Made by a program: the position numbers and the translations under genes. From the NCBI GenBank assembly GCA_009103225.1, contig RHPI01000026.1:615210-679209 (forward strand): 64,000 nt of DNA, given 5' to 3'. Source of the stretch: Chlorokybus atmophyticus. Lineage: Eukaryota > Plantae > Mesostigma and Chlorokybus algae. The notes beneath the pieces were generated by a model that saw only the letters and a list, made by a program, of their open reading frames with translations, was not told where the DNA came from and did not search any database. The first letter of the stretch is position 1, and each line of letters begins with the position of its first letter. Shown here one piece after another: positions 1 to 12,477 of this stretch.

Positions 1-1297
1 TGGGCTCGCAAACACATGCTCGCGGCGCTAGCAGTGGCAAAGCTCGCACGCGTTGAAACGCATTGATTAACTGTACGTTGTGATGACAACAGCCAACATT
101 TGGCTAGCATAAGCATGAAGGGTAAAGCTATGTGCCATTACCCGCAACTTCTATTAACGTGAACGCGTACATGTTGGCTGTCAGTGCTTCACCATGCCTG
201 TCCGCACACATTGCATACATCACATACAACCCCAGACCCACATTAACTTACACATTTTCGGGCTTTTATATACAGTACGCTCTACACGGGGATACACATG
301 CACCACCAATAAGCTGTCACGTAATGCAAACCACACATCATATCATTCCCCACCAGATTGCTTGGCCGAATAAGATATGGTCCGCGCAAACTACCATTTG
401 AATTGCATTTTTAATAGATACAACTTCTACGTATATTAACTTGCCAACTCGTTGCGTTTATAAAGCATCAACCCTTACCATATCGTACCGATAATATGCA
501 CACACGAATACAATTACTAATAAAAGGGGGGCATGTCACTTATGCAAGCTTTACAACATTTGGGTTTAAAATAATACTTATTTAACCATTGAGGTGAGAT
601 GCGCGTACAAAGTGGAAATGTGTTTTGCATTTCTTGCTTCTTGCAACCTGTTATCACACAATGTTAAAAACTCACTATATCAATGTCTTACATGTCCACT
701 GCAATTATACAATGCAACTTTTCAACATACATCGCTTTTCGCAGCTGTTTAACATCCCGTTACCACACGATGTGCTCAAATCTATAATACAATACAAAAA
801 CATATTGTAACGAGGTACATAGAAAATATGCATGTGCGTGAAGCAACCATGCGGTAACCAAGCCAACCACATGTGCAATGCTTCATATGATGCAGATCAC
901 TAAATGTGATCTCATTTGATGCTTAAGTGTTGCATGGGCTTTTGTAACCACGTCATGTAATAAAAGGCGCTCACATAATGCCTCCAGAAATCCCTGGAGT
1001 GTATAGGTATTCAGCCCCCGCACTTAAGGGGCGACGTAAAATCAAATGTAAAGTGAAAATTTGCATTACATGGGAACAATGTGATTTTTCGACACAAGAG
1101 TATTTTTATAATGGCATGTCGCTTGTGTTATTAATCACTTACACTTTGGATTGTATCCCTCCAACATATATTTCATTAGTTAAAATGTCAATCGATGACG
1201 GTGAATACCTTTGTACCCTGTAGTGCAAGTAAACGATGAAGCTACAATATAATACAGCGTTATATGTATATTTAGTTTTGCAGGCTTTGTGCGTGAT

Positions 1298-1313
1298 GGG
1301 GTAGTAGCTCAGA

Positions 1314-1346
<33 letters not shown>

Positions 1347-1370
1347 AGGGATCGATACCCTGCTGCTCCA
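1298..1370 (+). tRNA. tRNA-Ala, anticodon CGC
   Basis: Full cloverleaf GGGGTAG...CTGCTCC-A with G3:U70 Ala identity pair. A-box TAGCTCAGATGG; anticodon arm CGCGC-TT-CGC-AT-GCGCG; T-arm GGATCGATACC (A54, typical of eukaryotic tRNA-Ala). Confidence 0.96.
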
Positions 1371-1374
1371 GGCG

Positions 1375-1379
1375 TTTTT
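1375..1379 (+). terminator. RNA polymerase III T5 terminator
   Basis: TTTTT 4 nt after the tRNA discriminator base. Confidence 0.8.
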
Positions 1380-1770
1380 GGAACGTACCTATCTAGCACT
1401 TCTTGGCCAGAACGGCGTCTTCTGAATGCGCCGACCGGCGAGGGTTTTGTTGCCTTGGCTTCCCACATTAATAATTGGAACATACATGTCTAACACTTCT
1501 TGGCCCTAGAACGGCGTCTTCTGAATGCGCCGACCGGCGAGGGTTTTGTTGCCTTGGCTTCCCACATTAATAATTGGAACATACCTATCTAGCACTTCTT
1601 GGCCAGAACGGCGTCTTCTGAATGCGCCGACCGGCGAGGGTTTTGTTGCCTTGGCTTCCCACATTAATAATTGGAACATACATGTCTAACACTTCTTGGC
1701 CCTAGAACGGCGTCTTCTGAATGCGCCGACCGGCAAGGGTGTTGTTTCCTTGGCTTCCCACATTAATAAT
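1380..1770 (+). repeat. Tandem array of four ~97-99-bp units in A-B-A-B order (196-bp higher-order period)
   Basis: Units start at 1380, 1477, 1576 and 1673. A units carry tacctatctagcac/ggccagaac; B units carry tacatgtctaacac/ggccctagaac. Confidence 0.95.
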
Positions 1771-3591
1771 CAGGCATGTTTCATTAGCGGTTGCCTCACG
1801 TGGCCCATGAGGCAGCCGGCAGGAGAAACGGAGCAGGGCCCTTTGGATTCCCGGACAGACAAGCGTTTCGTGATCTTGGAGGCCGCTCTTATAACGGGTG
1901 CAGGATCCTTACTGTACAGAACGTGACGTCGTTACTAACGTCACCAACGTGTGTTTTGGTATCGTTTAGGAACGTAATACGAGAAGGTGCGAAGTGTCCT
2001 TCATGACTCATGACACAGCAATGGCGTAAGACACAGGCCGAATTGCCTGTCCAACAGTGTGTCGCAGCAAGGTTTGCTAAGGGACAGTGCGTCGCCGACA
2101 GACGTGCGTCTTCTGCCTGGCTGTGACACCGCTGATGTGGTATTTATTGATGACTCATGATGTTTTCTTACAAGCAAAACGCGTCTGGGCCGGGTACGTG
2201 CCTTGACTGTAACGATCTGGTTTCTACACGCGCCTCTCCTCGAAGAACCCATCAGTGACCGGCACTATGAGATCATGTATCCGTCGGTCATGTAACTTCC
2301 ATAAGTCATAAGTTATGACACAGAGACAGGCAGCTTGCAATTTTTATGGCGACATTAGCGGTCAAGCAGCGCCGGTAACGCCTCGCGTTACAGACAACCG
2401 TAACTCACCGCGTAAGCGGCGGCGTTAGGTTACGGCTGCGGCTAATTACACCATGCGGAGTAACGCCTAAATGCCACCTTTTTATGTGCATGTGGGAGTT
2501 GACACACACCAAAAACGATGTGTGGCACTGTGTGCCTTGTGTGTGTCCCTTTGTTTTATCCCTTTCTCTGCAGTACAGGGTAACTGCCATGACCCCAGTC
2601 CTTTTTGCATCAGCCGCAGATTGCAATGGTTTACACTGTAAAGGAATCTCACCTTTTCTCCGCTGCTTGATTAAAAGTCACATGGGCATGATTGGCAGTC
2701 ACGTGGTTTTGACCAGTACCAAACACCTCCGCTTACCCAGTTGTTACATAAACCAATCAAGGCGGATACACACACCCCATTGTGGGGTTGTTTGTTTGTG
2801 GAGGGCTCAAGCCAAGTCAGTAGGTAGCTGTCTGTGTGCAGTTGAGGTGGAGAGGAAGTCAAGTCAGTCAAAGAGTACTGCACTCCACTACAGGACTGTT
2901 GTGTGCTTCTCGTTGTGCTTGTCCCACACTCTCTCGCCCCTTTCACACTCTTTGTAAGGCGTGCAAAAGCCAGTGCGGCCAGCGAGACTGGCGGCCGCTG
3001 TCCTGCAGCTTACAGGTGAGTCCCAATTCAAGTGACAACTTGAGTGTGTGTGTGTGTATGTGCGTGTGTATGCTTGTTGACATACATAACGACTGCAGAC
3101 ACCAGCGCGTGCATGTGTGAGTGAGCCTGTGCACATGGCGCATGATACAAGTGAGGCTTCTGATTGGAATGAAAAGTCAGGATGGGATGCGTATGCAGGT
3201 TGCAGCGTGATACTGTGTGACTGCTGTTGCATGTGACAGCAAACACAACTTGCAAGGGGTCCTGCGGGTGGTCCAACCCTGCTGTTTTTGTTTTTGTTTT
3301 TGTTTTTGTATTCATTGATGATGATTGCCGTTGTCATCTTCATTGCTGCCGCTGCTGATGTTGATGTTGTTATTGTTTGCGCTGCAGATTGGGCCGAACG
3401 AGGCTTGTGACCCAAAAACCACCAAGGCCACTTGGGGTGGGCAGTGACACACTGTGACAGACACACCCACACCCACACCCACACCCACACCCACACACCC
3501 ACACACCCACACCCACGACCGCACCCTCACCCCCACCACCCCCACCACCAACGGCAACAAAGACAACAACATCATCAAACAACATCAAGTA

Positions 3592-4186
3592 ATGGCTTCT
3601 CCCGCCCTGGTCTGTTTCGCCGCCATCCTCGTGCTCGTCCTTTCTGTGGGACTGACGTTGTCTCCCCTCGAGTCGTTGGCATACCTGCCGCACCGTGCGT
3701 GTAATGTGGTACGGGTGGCAGGGGCGTGCGCGGGATGGATGGCCATCATGACGCTGGTACGTTTCACTTGTAAACTTGTAGTGTGTTTTGCACACACGCA
3801 CGCAAACACGCACACACGCATACACGCTTGACAATGTGAACGTGTAGGCACACACGCGTGCGCACACATGCGCACGCACACGCGCACGCTTGTGTGCGTG
3901 TACATGCGTGTGTGCGCACACGCATGCGGCTATAAACTTTACTTGCATACAGGCCTTTGCACAAGTCCTGTCTGTTTTGGGGAGTTTAAAAACAACAAAA
4001 TGGTAGCCGTGTGGTTAGTTGATGTGGCATTGTGTCACGCAGGCCGTGTCGGGTTTGACCGCATTCACCAACATGGTTGAGAACTCCTCGCGCACGACGA
4101 GCTACGGCATCGACTATTACCTGAAGCAGCGGGAGCAAGAGAAGGCTTTCGAGCGCGAGAACATGAACACAACACCCACATACTGA
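3592..4186 (+). CDS. Small two-exon putative membrane protein (~102 aa), unknown function
   Basis: Exon 3592-3756 (MASPALVCFAAILVLVLSVGLTL...WMAIMTL) splices GT..AG in frame to 4043-4186 (AVSGLTAF...YYLKQREQEKAFERENMNTTPTY*). Hydrophobic segments present. Confidence 0.55.
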
Positions 4187-4683
4187 CACACCCCAGCAGA
4201 GAAAACACCACAGCGTAATCATCCCGACGTACCTCAAGCGAAGACGCACACACAAAGCCATCATAACCACTCGTTCTCTCCTTATGACCAATGGGATGTA
4301 TAGCCCACAAGGCACGCACGCATGGTATGGTAGACCTACCACTCCCTTACATAGAGAACAAACATGCACAACAACAAGCATTGCAACAATACAACTGCTG
4401 CTAGAGTATAGCTACTAGAGCTGAGACAGGCGTGCATCACAAGCAATAATAGCAATTTCGCGTTGCATTCACTGCCACGCACTATACAACACGTGCTTCA
4501 GCTTTGCGTTGTCTAAACAACTACCTCTCCGAGCCACCATACATCACAACACCTCTCAACCTAGTTAGTAAAACAGTCTATACAAAAGCCCAATCCCAAT
4601 CAACCATTGTGGGTTGCACAGTAACAGCACGTTACAAGCCGCATGTGATATGTTGGTTTCACACACACGCACGCACACACATG

Positions 4684-7600
4684 CTAAGGTGATGCGTGCG
4701 CCATGTCCATACTTGTTGTTGTTGTTGTCCCCTCCCCGCTTCCCATCTTCCTCGCCGCTCTGATAAGCGCCGCGTGCGTCTCCTCGTCCACATCGCCGGT
4801 GGTGGCCGCCAGCTTGTGGACGGCGGCGGCGGCCGCCTCGAGGTTGCGTCTCAGAGTCTCCATCAACTCCTCCTCCTCCTCTTGATAATCGGTCTTGTTG
4901 TTGGGTTGTTGTGTCGGAGGGGGTTTAGAAGATGTTGGCCAGGAGAAGGGAGACTTGGGGTTGGGGTTGGGATGGGTTGTGGCGGAGGCGGCAGCGTTCT
5001 TGGCGGCTTGGTGGTCGACAAGGCGTTGCTGGGCAAGAGCACCGATCGTGCTTAACTGCGAGTGACGAACTTGTTATGCTTCATGCATGTCGGTGCAAGC
5101 ACACGTGTGCATGTGCGCGCATCGGTCAGCGCCTATCTGTATGCATATCCGCACATGCACAAGCGCGCGTGTGCAAGTGCGTTCGAGTCTGTGTGTTTAT
5201 AAGCATGTGCGCGCCGGTGTTCAAGGGTGCGTGTGCGTGCGCGCGCGCGTGTGGCTCTCTATGTCTGTGCGATGATGTGCCTGGGAGCGTGCCAACCTCT
5301 GCTACCATCATGTTTGCATATGCTAAGTTAAATGCATGCAGTGGGCTTTGTTACTGCTTACATGGTATCAAGGCTATGCACACTTACCCCAGTAGCTTCT
5401 CGTTCCAATTTGGTAATGAGGTCATCCGCAAGACACAGCATGAAGGCGCTCAACGTGGTCTTGCTGTTGGAGAGGTACCTGCACGCGCATAGCAAAGACG
5501 GCCACAGTTGGTCCTGTACATTTACATATGTGCACTTCACACGTACACACACGCAGAGGCGCACGCGAGCACGCACGCACTACAGCATCACGTGTACCAC
5601 ACCCACTCCCCCACACGACAAGCGCACGCACAACCACCCTATCTCCCTCTCCCTCACTCGAACAGCGTGTCCCTGTCCCACTCCATGACCCGCGCCCCCA
5701 TCTCCGCCGCCCTCGTCGTGAACCACGCCGCGCGCCGGTTGTCGCGCACGTCGCGGCCGGCCTTGATGGAGTCCATTGTGCGGTTGCGGAAAAGACCCGT
5801 GTTGAGGAAATCGCCCTGCCGGCAGACCTGTGATACGATGACAACGTTGGCAACGACATGCTATACACGCAACCGCCTTGCCACCTCAACGTGGCTGTTG
5901 CTTCACCCTCTGTTGCGACATAATGGCGCGCATGTGTGTCACATAAACTGTTGATATGTGCTACGCGCGAACGCACACACGCGCGCGCACACGCGCACAC
6001 ACACACACACCATGCACATGCTCGCGGTCACATGCTCACACACACATGCACATGCATGTGCGGCTGCCCGTGTGTGTCTGCGCATGCATACACACGTGTG
6101 TTCATGTGCGCCATCAACGCATGGTAACTCCTTGATATTCCTTCTTGAGCAAATTGCCAACATATGGTACCCATCACTATCATCTACCAAGCCCTTACCA
6201 ACACTCTTGCGGCGTTGCGATACGCATCCACGGACCCGTTGGCGATAACATAAAACCTGCACACACCAACACCGACCGCATGCCTTCGGTCCCCTCCCCA
6301 AACCCCTCATTCGAAACAACTCACATTGCATCACACGCGCACGCTCACTTGTTGTGTTCCTGTCCTTCCTTGAATATGACTTCGCCCGGTTCAAGCTGTC
6401 GCCACTTCCCGACAGCGAGCACGTTCTTCATCTGCTTCGGACGCATGCCGGAGTGCTCAAAGACCAGCTGCAAAGAGTGATGAGGATGATGATGTGTTAA
6501 GTGTGTCTTCGGACAAATGAGAGTGTGATTGTGTATCAGACTTACGTGGTACAGAAGTTGCTCATTGACGTCGAGGAGCACGTCTTGCCGCTCAACAAGG
6601 ATGCGGTGCACCTGCAGTCAGTCTGCTTGGGCATGCGTGTGTGCATGAGTGTGCGTGCATATGCACACTCGCGTGCACGCTCTTCTGTTTGTCTGTGCGC
6701 GAGCGCGTGTGATTGTACAGTGGGATGAACCATGTGCACACGTGTGAACATCTGCTATGCAATTTGATGCAGACCCAGTATAACATGCGCATGTGTTGCT
6801 CACGCTTGCATGTACGCACGCATGCAGTCACACGCGCATGCGTATCATTCACTCGAGAGCATGTGCACATGCAGCGGCGCGCGCACACGCACACACACAC
6901 CTGCACTCCATTGATTGTGAAGAACAGCAAGCTCCAGCACAGCAGCACCCACTGCGGTTTCTCAAAATTCGTCATATTATACATCATCCCTCCTATCCCG
7001 CTCGCCATCGACAGCGTCCTGAGGTGTAATATGTCCGTCTGGAGGGACGCGATCGCGTTGGTCACGAACGCCGCGTTGATGAGGAAGAAGGTGAGGGAGC
7101 GGGGGAGGAGGGGAGCGCGGCGGTCGCGGCCACACACACGATGGTATAGGGTTAGAAGCTTGGAATTGCTGTTGTTTGTACCATTTGCTGCGGGTCCGTT
7201 ACTTGGGAGTGGTTTGGCACTACCTGAAATGTTGTGAGTGTCACACGCTGTCTGAGACTCTACAAGTGCGTGTGTGAGCCTGTGCGCATGCATGGCTGGA
7301 TGTGTGCACGCGCGTGTATGTGTGTGCAAGCGTGGGTGCGTGGGTGCATGTGTGAGTGCGCCCGTGCCTCTGTCGATGCACGCATGTGTCTATTGAGGTT
7401 TTACAACCTTTTTGCCAACTTGCAGTGTATGTGTGCACAAAGTGAGCGCACCCGTGCACGTGTGCACTACCATGGCTTCATCTCACAATATGCCATCCCA
7501 ATTGCTAAACTGGCTTGCATAAGCAAAACCTGATATATGCCTTCCCACCTGCTTTGTCCGCGCAATGTCGATGTCGCTGTTGCTGTTGTTGCCAGTGTCG

Positions 7601-7702
7601 TGCGCACGAAGCCAACGCGCCGTTCTGCGTGGATCGCTGCACGTTCGCTGCTCTGCTGCCACGGGATTGCGCACGGGCCTGAGCTGCGAGTGCCCGCCAC
7701 AT
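4684..7702 (-). CDS. Popeye-domain-like (POPDC/BVES-type) cyclic-nucleotide-binding membrane protein, multi-exon
   Basis: Phase-consistent GT-AG exons give 3 TM helices (FFLINAAFV..TDILHLRTLSMASG..WVLLCWSLLFFTING), then a cNMP-like fold (WRQLEPGEVIFKEG..KFYVIANGSVDAY..RQGDFL..VMEWDRDTLFEYL). The 3' end is uncertain. Confidence 0.78.
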
Positions 7703-8543
7703 GACGACTACTGCCACTGCCACTGACAGTGTGAGTCACATGTAGCACACACACACATGCATACGTGCACGCACACAATGACAAGCGCGAATGCACGCAC
7801 AAATACACGGGCGCGCGCGCACATGCTAAAAGGCCCACACCTGCAAGCTGGCTGTGTCACACATCAAGCACTGTCTCTGAACTGCTGCGTAGCCGATCAG
7901 CTAATGCGCAGGCGGACAGCATGCCGCCACTCTGTCTCTCCTCCAGCTTCAACCTACAAGCACACAAGCAAACACGCGGACTGAACTAACCAACTCTTAC
8001 TACTACTATGCAAGCATGCAGTGGCTTCAGCTGTAGTGTGGAGAGCGTTTTCAGCTTCTGTGCAATGCACGCAGCATGCTTGCACAGCAGCTGAACAGCT
8101 TCCGACTTGCTGCTGTTATCACTGAAACCAACGTGAGGTACGTGAAAGCAAGGAATGCTATGAAATCAGCACAACACCGCACGCAGCAAAGGATAACAGA
8201 CAGACAGACTCACCTGTTTATGCATGCAGTACAGCACGTCTCAGCTCAGCTCAGCTCAGCTCAGCGCAGCGCAGCTCATCAGCCAGGCCTCCACCCTCTC
8301 CTCCTCCTCCTCCTCCTCCTTGTCCTCCTCCACCACTTCCTGTCCCTCCTCCAGGCTGCTCCGCCGCCGCCCGCCAATGTGGCTGTCTAGCTGACTACGC
8401 AACAACACCAAACACGCTGTTGTTGTTGTTTACCATACACGCTTCAAACTTGGGCAAAATCTGCACCAGGCGGCGGCGGCGGCCGCGGAGGTGCCGGAGT
8501 AGGTCAAGGAGTAGGTGAATGAGGAGGTAGATAAGGTTGTGAC

Positions 8544-9950
8544 ATGGACATAGTGACTCAGCTTCAAGAGCAGCTCAACCACACGGCGTCCCTGTTCTTC
8601 AACTTCGTGGGGACGCTGCAGCGGGACGCTCCGCCGGCGGCGGCGGACGGCAACGTCAACGTCACCGGCGTCAAGCAGGAGGAGACGCAGCAGCAGGGAG
8701 GAGACGTGGCTGCCTCTGCCGCAGTCTCCGCCGCCGCCGCCGACCGCCTCAAGAACGTGCAGGAGCAGGCTGCCAACATGGCCGCCGCCGTTGTGCAAGC
8801 TGCTGTTGTGGTCAGTCGTAGTGGTTTCTTTCTTTCTCCCTTTCTTTCTTTCTCCCTTTTTGAACAATAAGTGAGTTTTAATCCTTTGCTGCCTCTTGAG
8901 TGTGATGCTTGTGTAGAGTGCAAGTGCAAATATTGTAGCGAAGCTCATACTAAGCATGCACGCTGGCATGCGTGGGTCGCACATTGGTGGCTGCTTCATT
9001 GATGCAATCAAAATCAGCAACAGTGTTGTTATTGTTATTGTTCTTGTGTCATTCTCGGTACTTACCAGGGCGCTGAGCAATGTGTGTTAGAATACGGGTG
9101 TTGTGTGCGTGCAAGTGCAGAGGCGTGTGTGTGCGCGCGCGCAAATGTGTGTGGATTAGCATTGACTTGCCAGTGTGGCAACGCTAAGTTGAAGTGTTGC
9201 GTGACATGTGTGGTCTTGTGAAGCTAATGAAAATGTAGTCAGAGTGTCATTTGGAGTGATGTGCGTTATGTCATCAGACCGATGAGCTTATTGCGGCTTT
9301 GCCCGTGGTGAACTCCAGCGAGGAAACGCAGTTGGCGAGGATCGCAGCGCTTCAGGTTGGTGCTTTGCAGTCCTTATTTGTGTGTTGACGCAGATGTGTT
9401 GTGATGCAAGCTTGAATGAGTCAACTTGATGCCAAGGGAGTATATACTAGTCTGTATATACACAAGCCTACTAGCTGTTTGCGCGATCTTTGGACTTGAG
9501 GACTGTTGGTGATAGTGTTGGCGATGTCGCATGTTGGTTTTTCAAACGTAATACGCTCGTGTACATGGATCATTGCAGGAAGAGTTCAGTGCCGTGGATC
9601 AGGAGTTGCACAATGAAGTGCGCGTGGCAGGTACACACATTCTTACAAGACAAATGCAGCGAGACCGCTTGGCACGCATTCTGTTGATAAATGTTGCCCA
9701 TGTGCACACGCCTCGGTGCCAAAGCACTTGTGTTGGTAAAGCATGGATGTAGTACGCCTGCTGCCGTAGCGCAATTGCTGCAGTTCATATTGCATGCCGC
9801 ACCCACCCAAATAGGACTAAGTACCACGCTCCTTGCTCTGCAGAAACGCGACTGGAAGAGATTCAAGATCTATTCAGGTTGCTAGCGGACAGCAGAGTGA
9901 AGCGTGCTCTGCGAAGATCACCGACACCAAGCACGGTAGACAATGGATGA
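8544..9950 (+). CDS. MED21: Mediator subunit 21, four exons (8544-8810, 9278-9355, 9579-9630, 9844-9950)
   Basis: MDIVTQLQEQLN..FVGTLQRDAPP; DELIAALP..QLARIAALQ; ETRLEEIQDLF match the plant MED21 pattern. Splice phases are consistent. Confidence 0.92.
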
Positions 9951-10199
9951 CATTCATAATATCCTCATCAAAGGAGACCAGGGATGAACAGTTACGACAT
10001 CATATACTTGGCATCTGCACACTGCAAAGCACGCCAGTACGCTTGCTTACAGGAGGCAAGGCAAGGCTAACACTGAGGGTGTAGACACCACAATTACTGT
10101 ACACTACTAGAGACGTCATCATCTTAACTGTACACTAGCTGAATCCGAGAGATTATACGAAAACCCTCCTCATAGTAATCATTCATTACCTTGTGGGCA

Positions 10200-12477
10200 C
10201 TATTGTGCTGCGAGTACCTCAGCTGTCAGCATGAGTGCGCTGAATATGGGGAATGACATGGCGCGTACGAGGACGTTCTCCCAACTCTGAGAGCCACTGT
10301 TATTTCCATCTCCCCACGGCACCTCGTGGATGAGGGCGAGGTTGGTAAAGGCCATCCGCGCGTCGGCGCTGTAGAGGATGTGCGCGATGGATGCCGCCAG
10401 CATGTTGTACATCGACATGATGCTTGTCTGGAAACGGTCCTGCATCAGGATGCGCTGCGCCAACAGCGGCAGTGGGTCCAGCATTGGAGAACTCTCTGTA
10501 ATAAAGAAGTGCTTATCAGACTACAACAACCACTGAGCTGATGCCAGCGCGCGCGCATGCACACATGAATGGAAAAGATGCAATGCTTGTACAAACACAC
10601 GCATACACACACACACACACGCACGCACTGGACATGCATGTATATATATACTGATGGGATGAGCGGACCAGGACAAACCAACAACCACCTTGGCTTGCTT
10701 ACTTCCGTACGATTGGCCACGCGACTCGCAGTACAACGCCTGGATGTTGAGCACCTCCCTGACTGTGTAGAAGACCCTCCACAGCAGGGTGGCGTCCCGC
10801 AACCGCCGGCCAAAGACCTTCCCGGCACACCCCACCTGTCGCAGGAGCCGCAGCCGCCTTGCCCTCTGTTTGTGGTTCCGTTCCAGGTGGTACGCCCGGG
10901 CGTACGTCAGCTTCGGCACTTGCTGCGGAGGTATCGCCTTCAGCGCAGGAAGCCAAACATACCTGTTGCATACAACAATCAGTCGCGAGCTGACACGGCT
11001 TGCAGGATAATCTGTTGTCAAAACACATACATACGCGCGCACACGCATGCACACACGCGTACGCACATACACAAACACGCGTGTGCCCATGTGCATGTGT
11101 TGTCTGATTGTTACGACACATGCGTGTGCACACACGCACCCACGCGCGCATGCGCACAAACAGGCAAACACACACGTGCGCGCGCGCATATACGCACGCG
11201 GGAACAGCCTACACAAGCGTCAACACTCACCGGCACTGCAAGTGGTTGTCATTCTGGAACTTCAAGACCGCCATGGCGCTGCTCGCCGGCAGCGTGGACG
11301 GTGCGTTAGGGAGCAGCATCTGTCTGACCCATAGAGCTGGGAGCTCAGCCAACTTTCGGCAGCCTTTCGACACCATCGCGAACCGCGCCAAATCCCTCGC
11401 ATCCAAGTGCAACATAATCTTGACTGTGATGTCTGCTGGCACAGGAAAAGGACTGGCCTGCGCCACCACCCAACAGTTTTCAACACCTTTCAGTGGGCAT
11501 GTAAACAAACCAGCTTGACTAATGCACGCGTGTTGACACTCACCTTGTCTATTCTGTGCACATCGGCTACGAGTGCTCTCAAACAGGCAGCATAATCCGG
11601 AGGATCGTGTATTTCTTCAGTTGTGGATGATGATGGACAGTTGGGCAGCGCGGCGGCCTGCACGGAGTCGTACACGCCCATCTGCAGACCCTCCTTGAGC
11701 CTGATGTCTCCCAGAATCGCCAGGACTTGCGCGGGCCGCTGAGGGTTGTCGCTTGTCTCATCGGAGCGAATGCCCAACAGCAATGATGTGACAGATGAGT
11801 GAGAGCGGCCGGGCGGCAAACCGTTCGGCCACTGCGACAAACCGGTCTTTTCTTTATCATCCCACAAGGGCGGCCTGAGGTTAAACGAGGAGCCCAACTC
11901 AGTAGACAAGCGTGTAATTCACATCTCCCAGTCGCATGTGCAACCTCTTCTCTTCACAAACAACACCGTATCCAACTGGATGTGTTTGAAAACATTGCAC
12001 GACTCACCTGCCCTGAGTCGCGCGCCATACGCGCTGCCATATCCGCGTTGCAGCGGCTATGCAGCGACTGCCAACGAACTTGACAATCTGCAGACAAGTA
12101 CCAAACAGCATATTGATATGAGTCTAGATTTTGTAATGACTGCGCATCTATAAAGTAGGCAGCCATACAGCCCTGCAAGAGTGTTGATTGAACAGATCTT
12201 TGCACATCGATGCATTGCGAGTTGTCACCAGATGAGCTCCTTGTCCGCCGGCGTGAAGCACGACCGCCTGCAGCCATTTGTGAAGCGCGTATGCGGCAAC
12301 CAGTCTGGCGGAGACGAGCGGATTCAAGTCAGCGCCGTGCAGTGCTGTCCAAAATGTTGTGGGCCCGTCGATGAACAACGGCCCATGGAAGAACATGTAC
12401 GGCAGGGCGGGAGGCAGCCCCAGCAGCAATGCGCGAGGGAGACCCACGCGACGTATGGCTTTGTAGCCCAGCGCGCC
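10200..12477 (-). CDS. F-box domain protein, multi-exon; further 5' exons probably lie up to ~13.7 kb but are unresolved
   Basis: F-box motif FPVPADITVKIMLHLDARDLARFAMVSKGCRKLAELPALW in exon ~11230-11500. Phase-consistent flanking exons; stop at 10200. Confidence 0.7.

Noticed and set aside
1-1260. AT-rich segment (and 43650-45600) as a transposon
   Set aside because: TE-like composition, but no terminal structures or recognisable coding remnants.
1380-1770. CRISPR-like array
   Set aside because: Units are near-identical along their whole length with no unique spacers, there are no cas genes, and the context is eukaryotic.
2002-2318. Imperfect 14-bp inverted repeat TCATGACTCATGAC suggesting a MITE
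   Set aside because: Short, 12/14 match, and no TSD.
2370-2480. Clusters of GTAAC/GTTAC motifs (also ~20460-20545)
   Set aside because: Could be MYB sites or hAT subterminal remnants, but no TIR/TSD pair was found.
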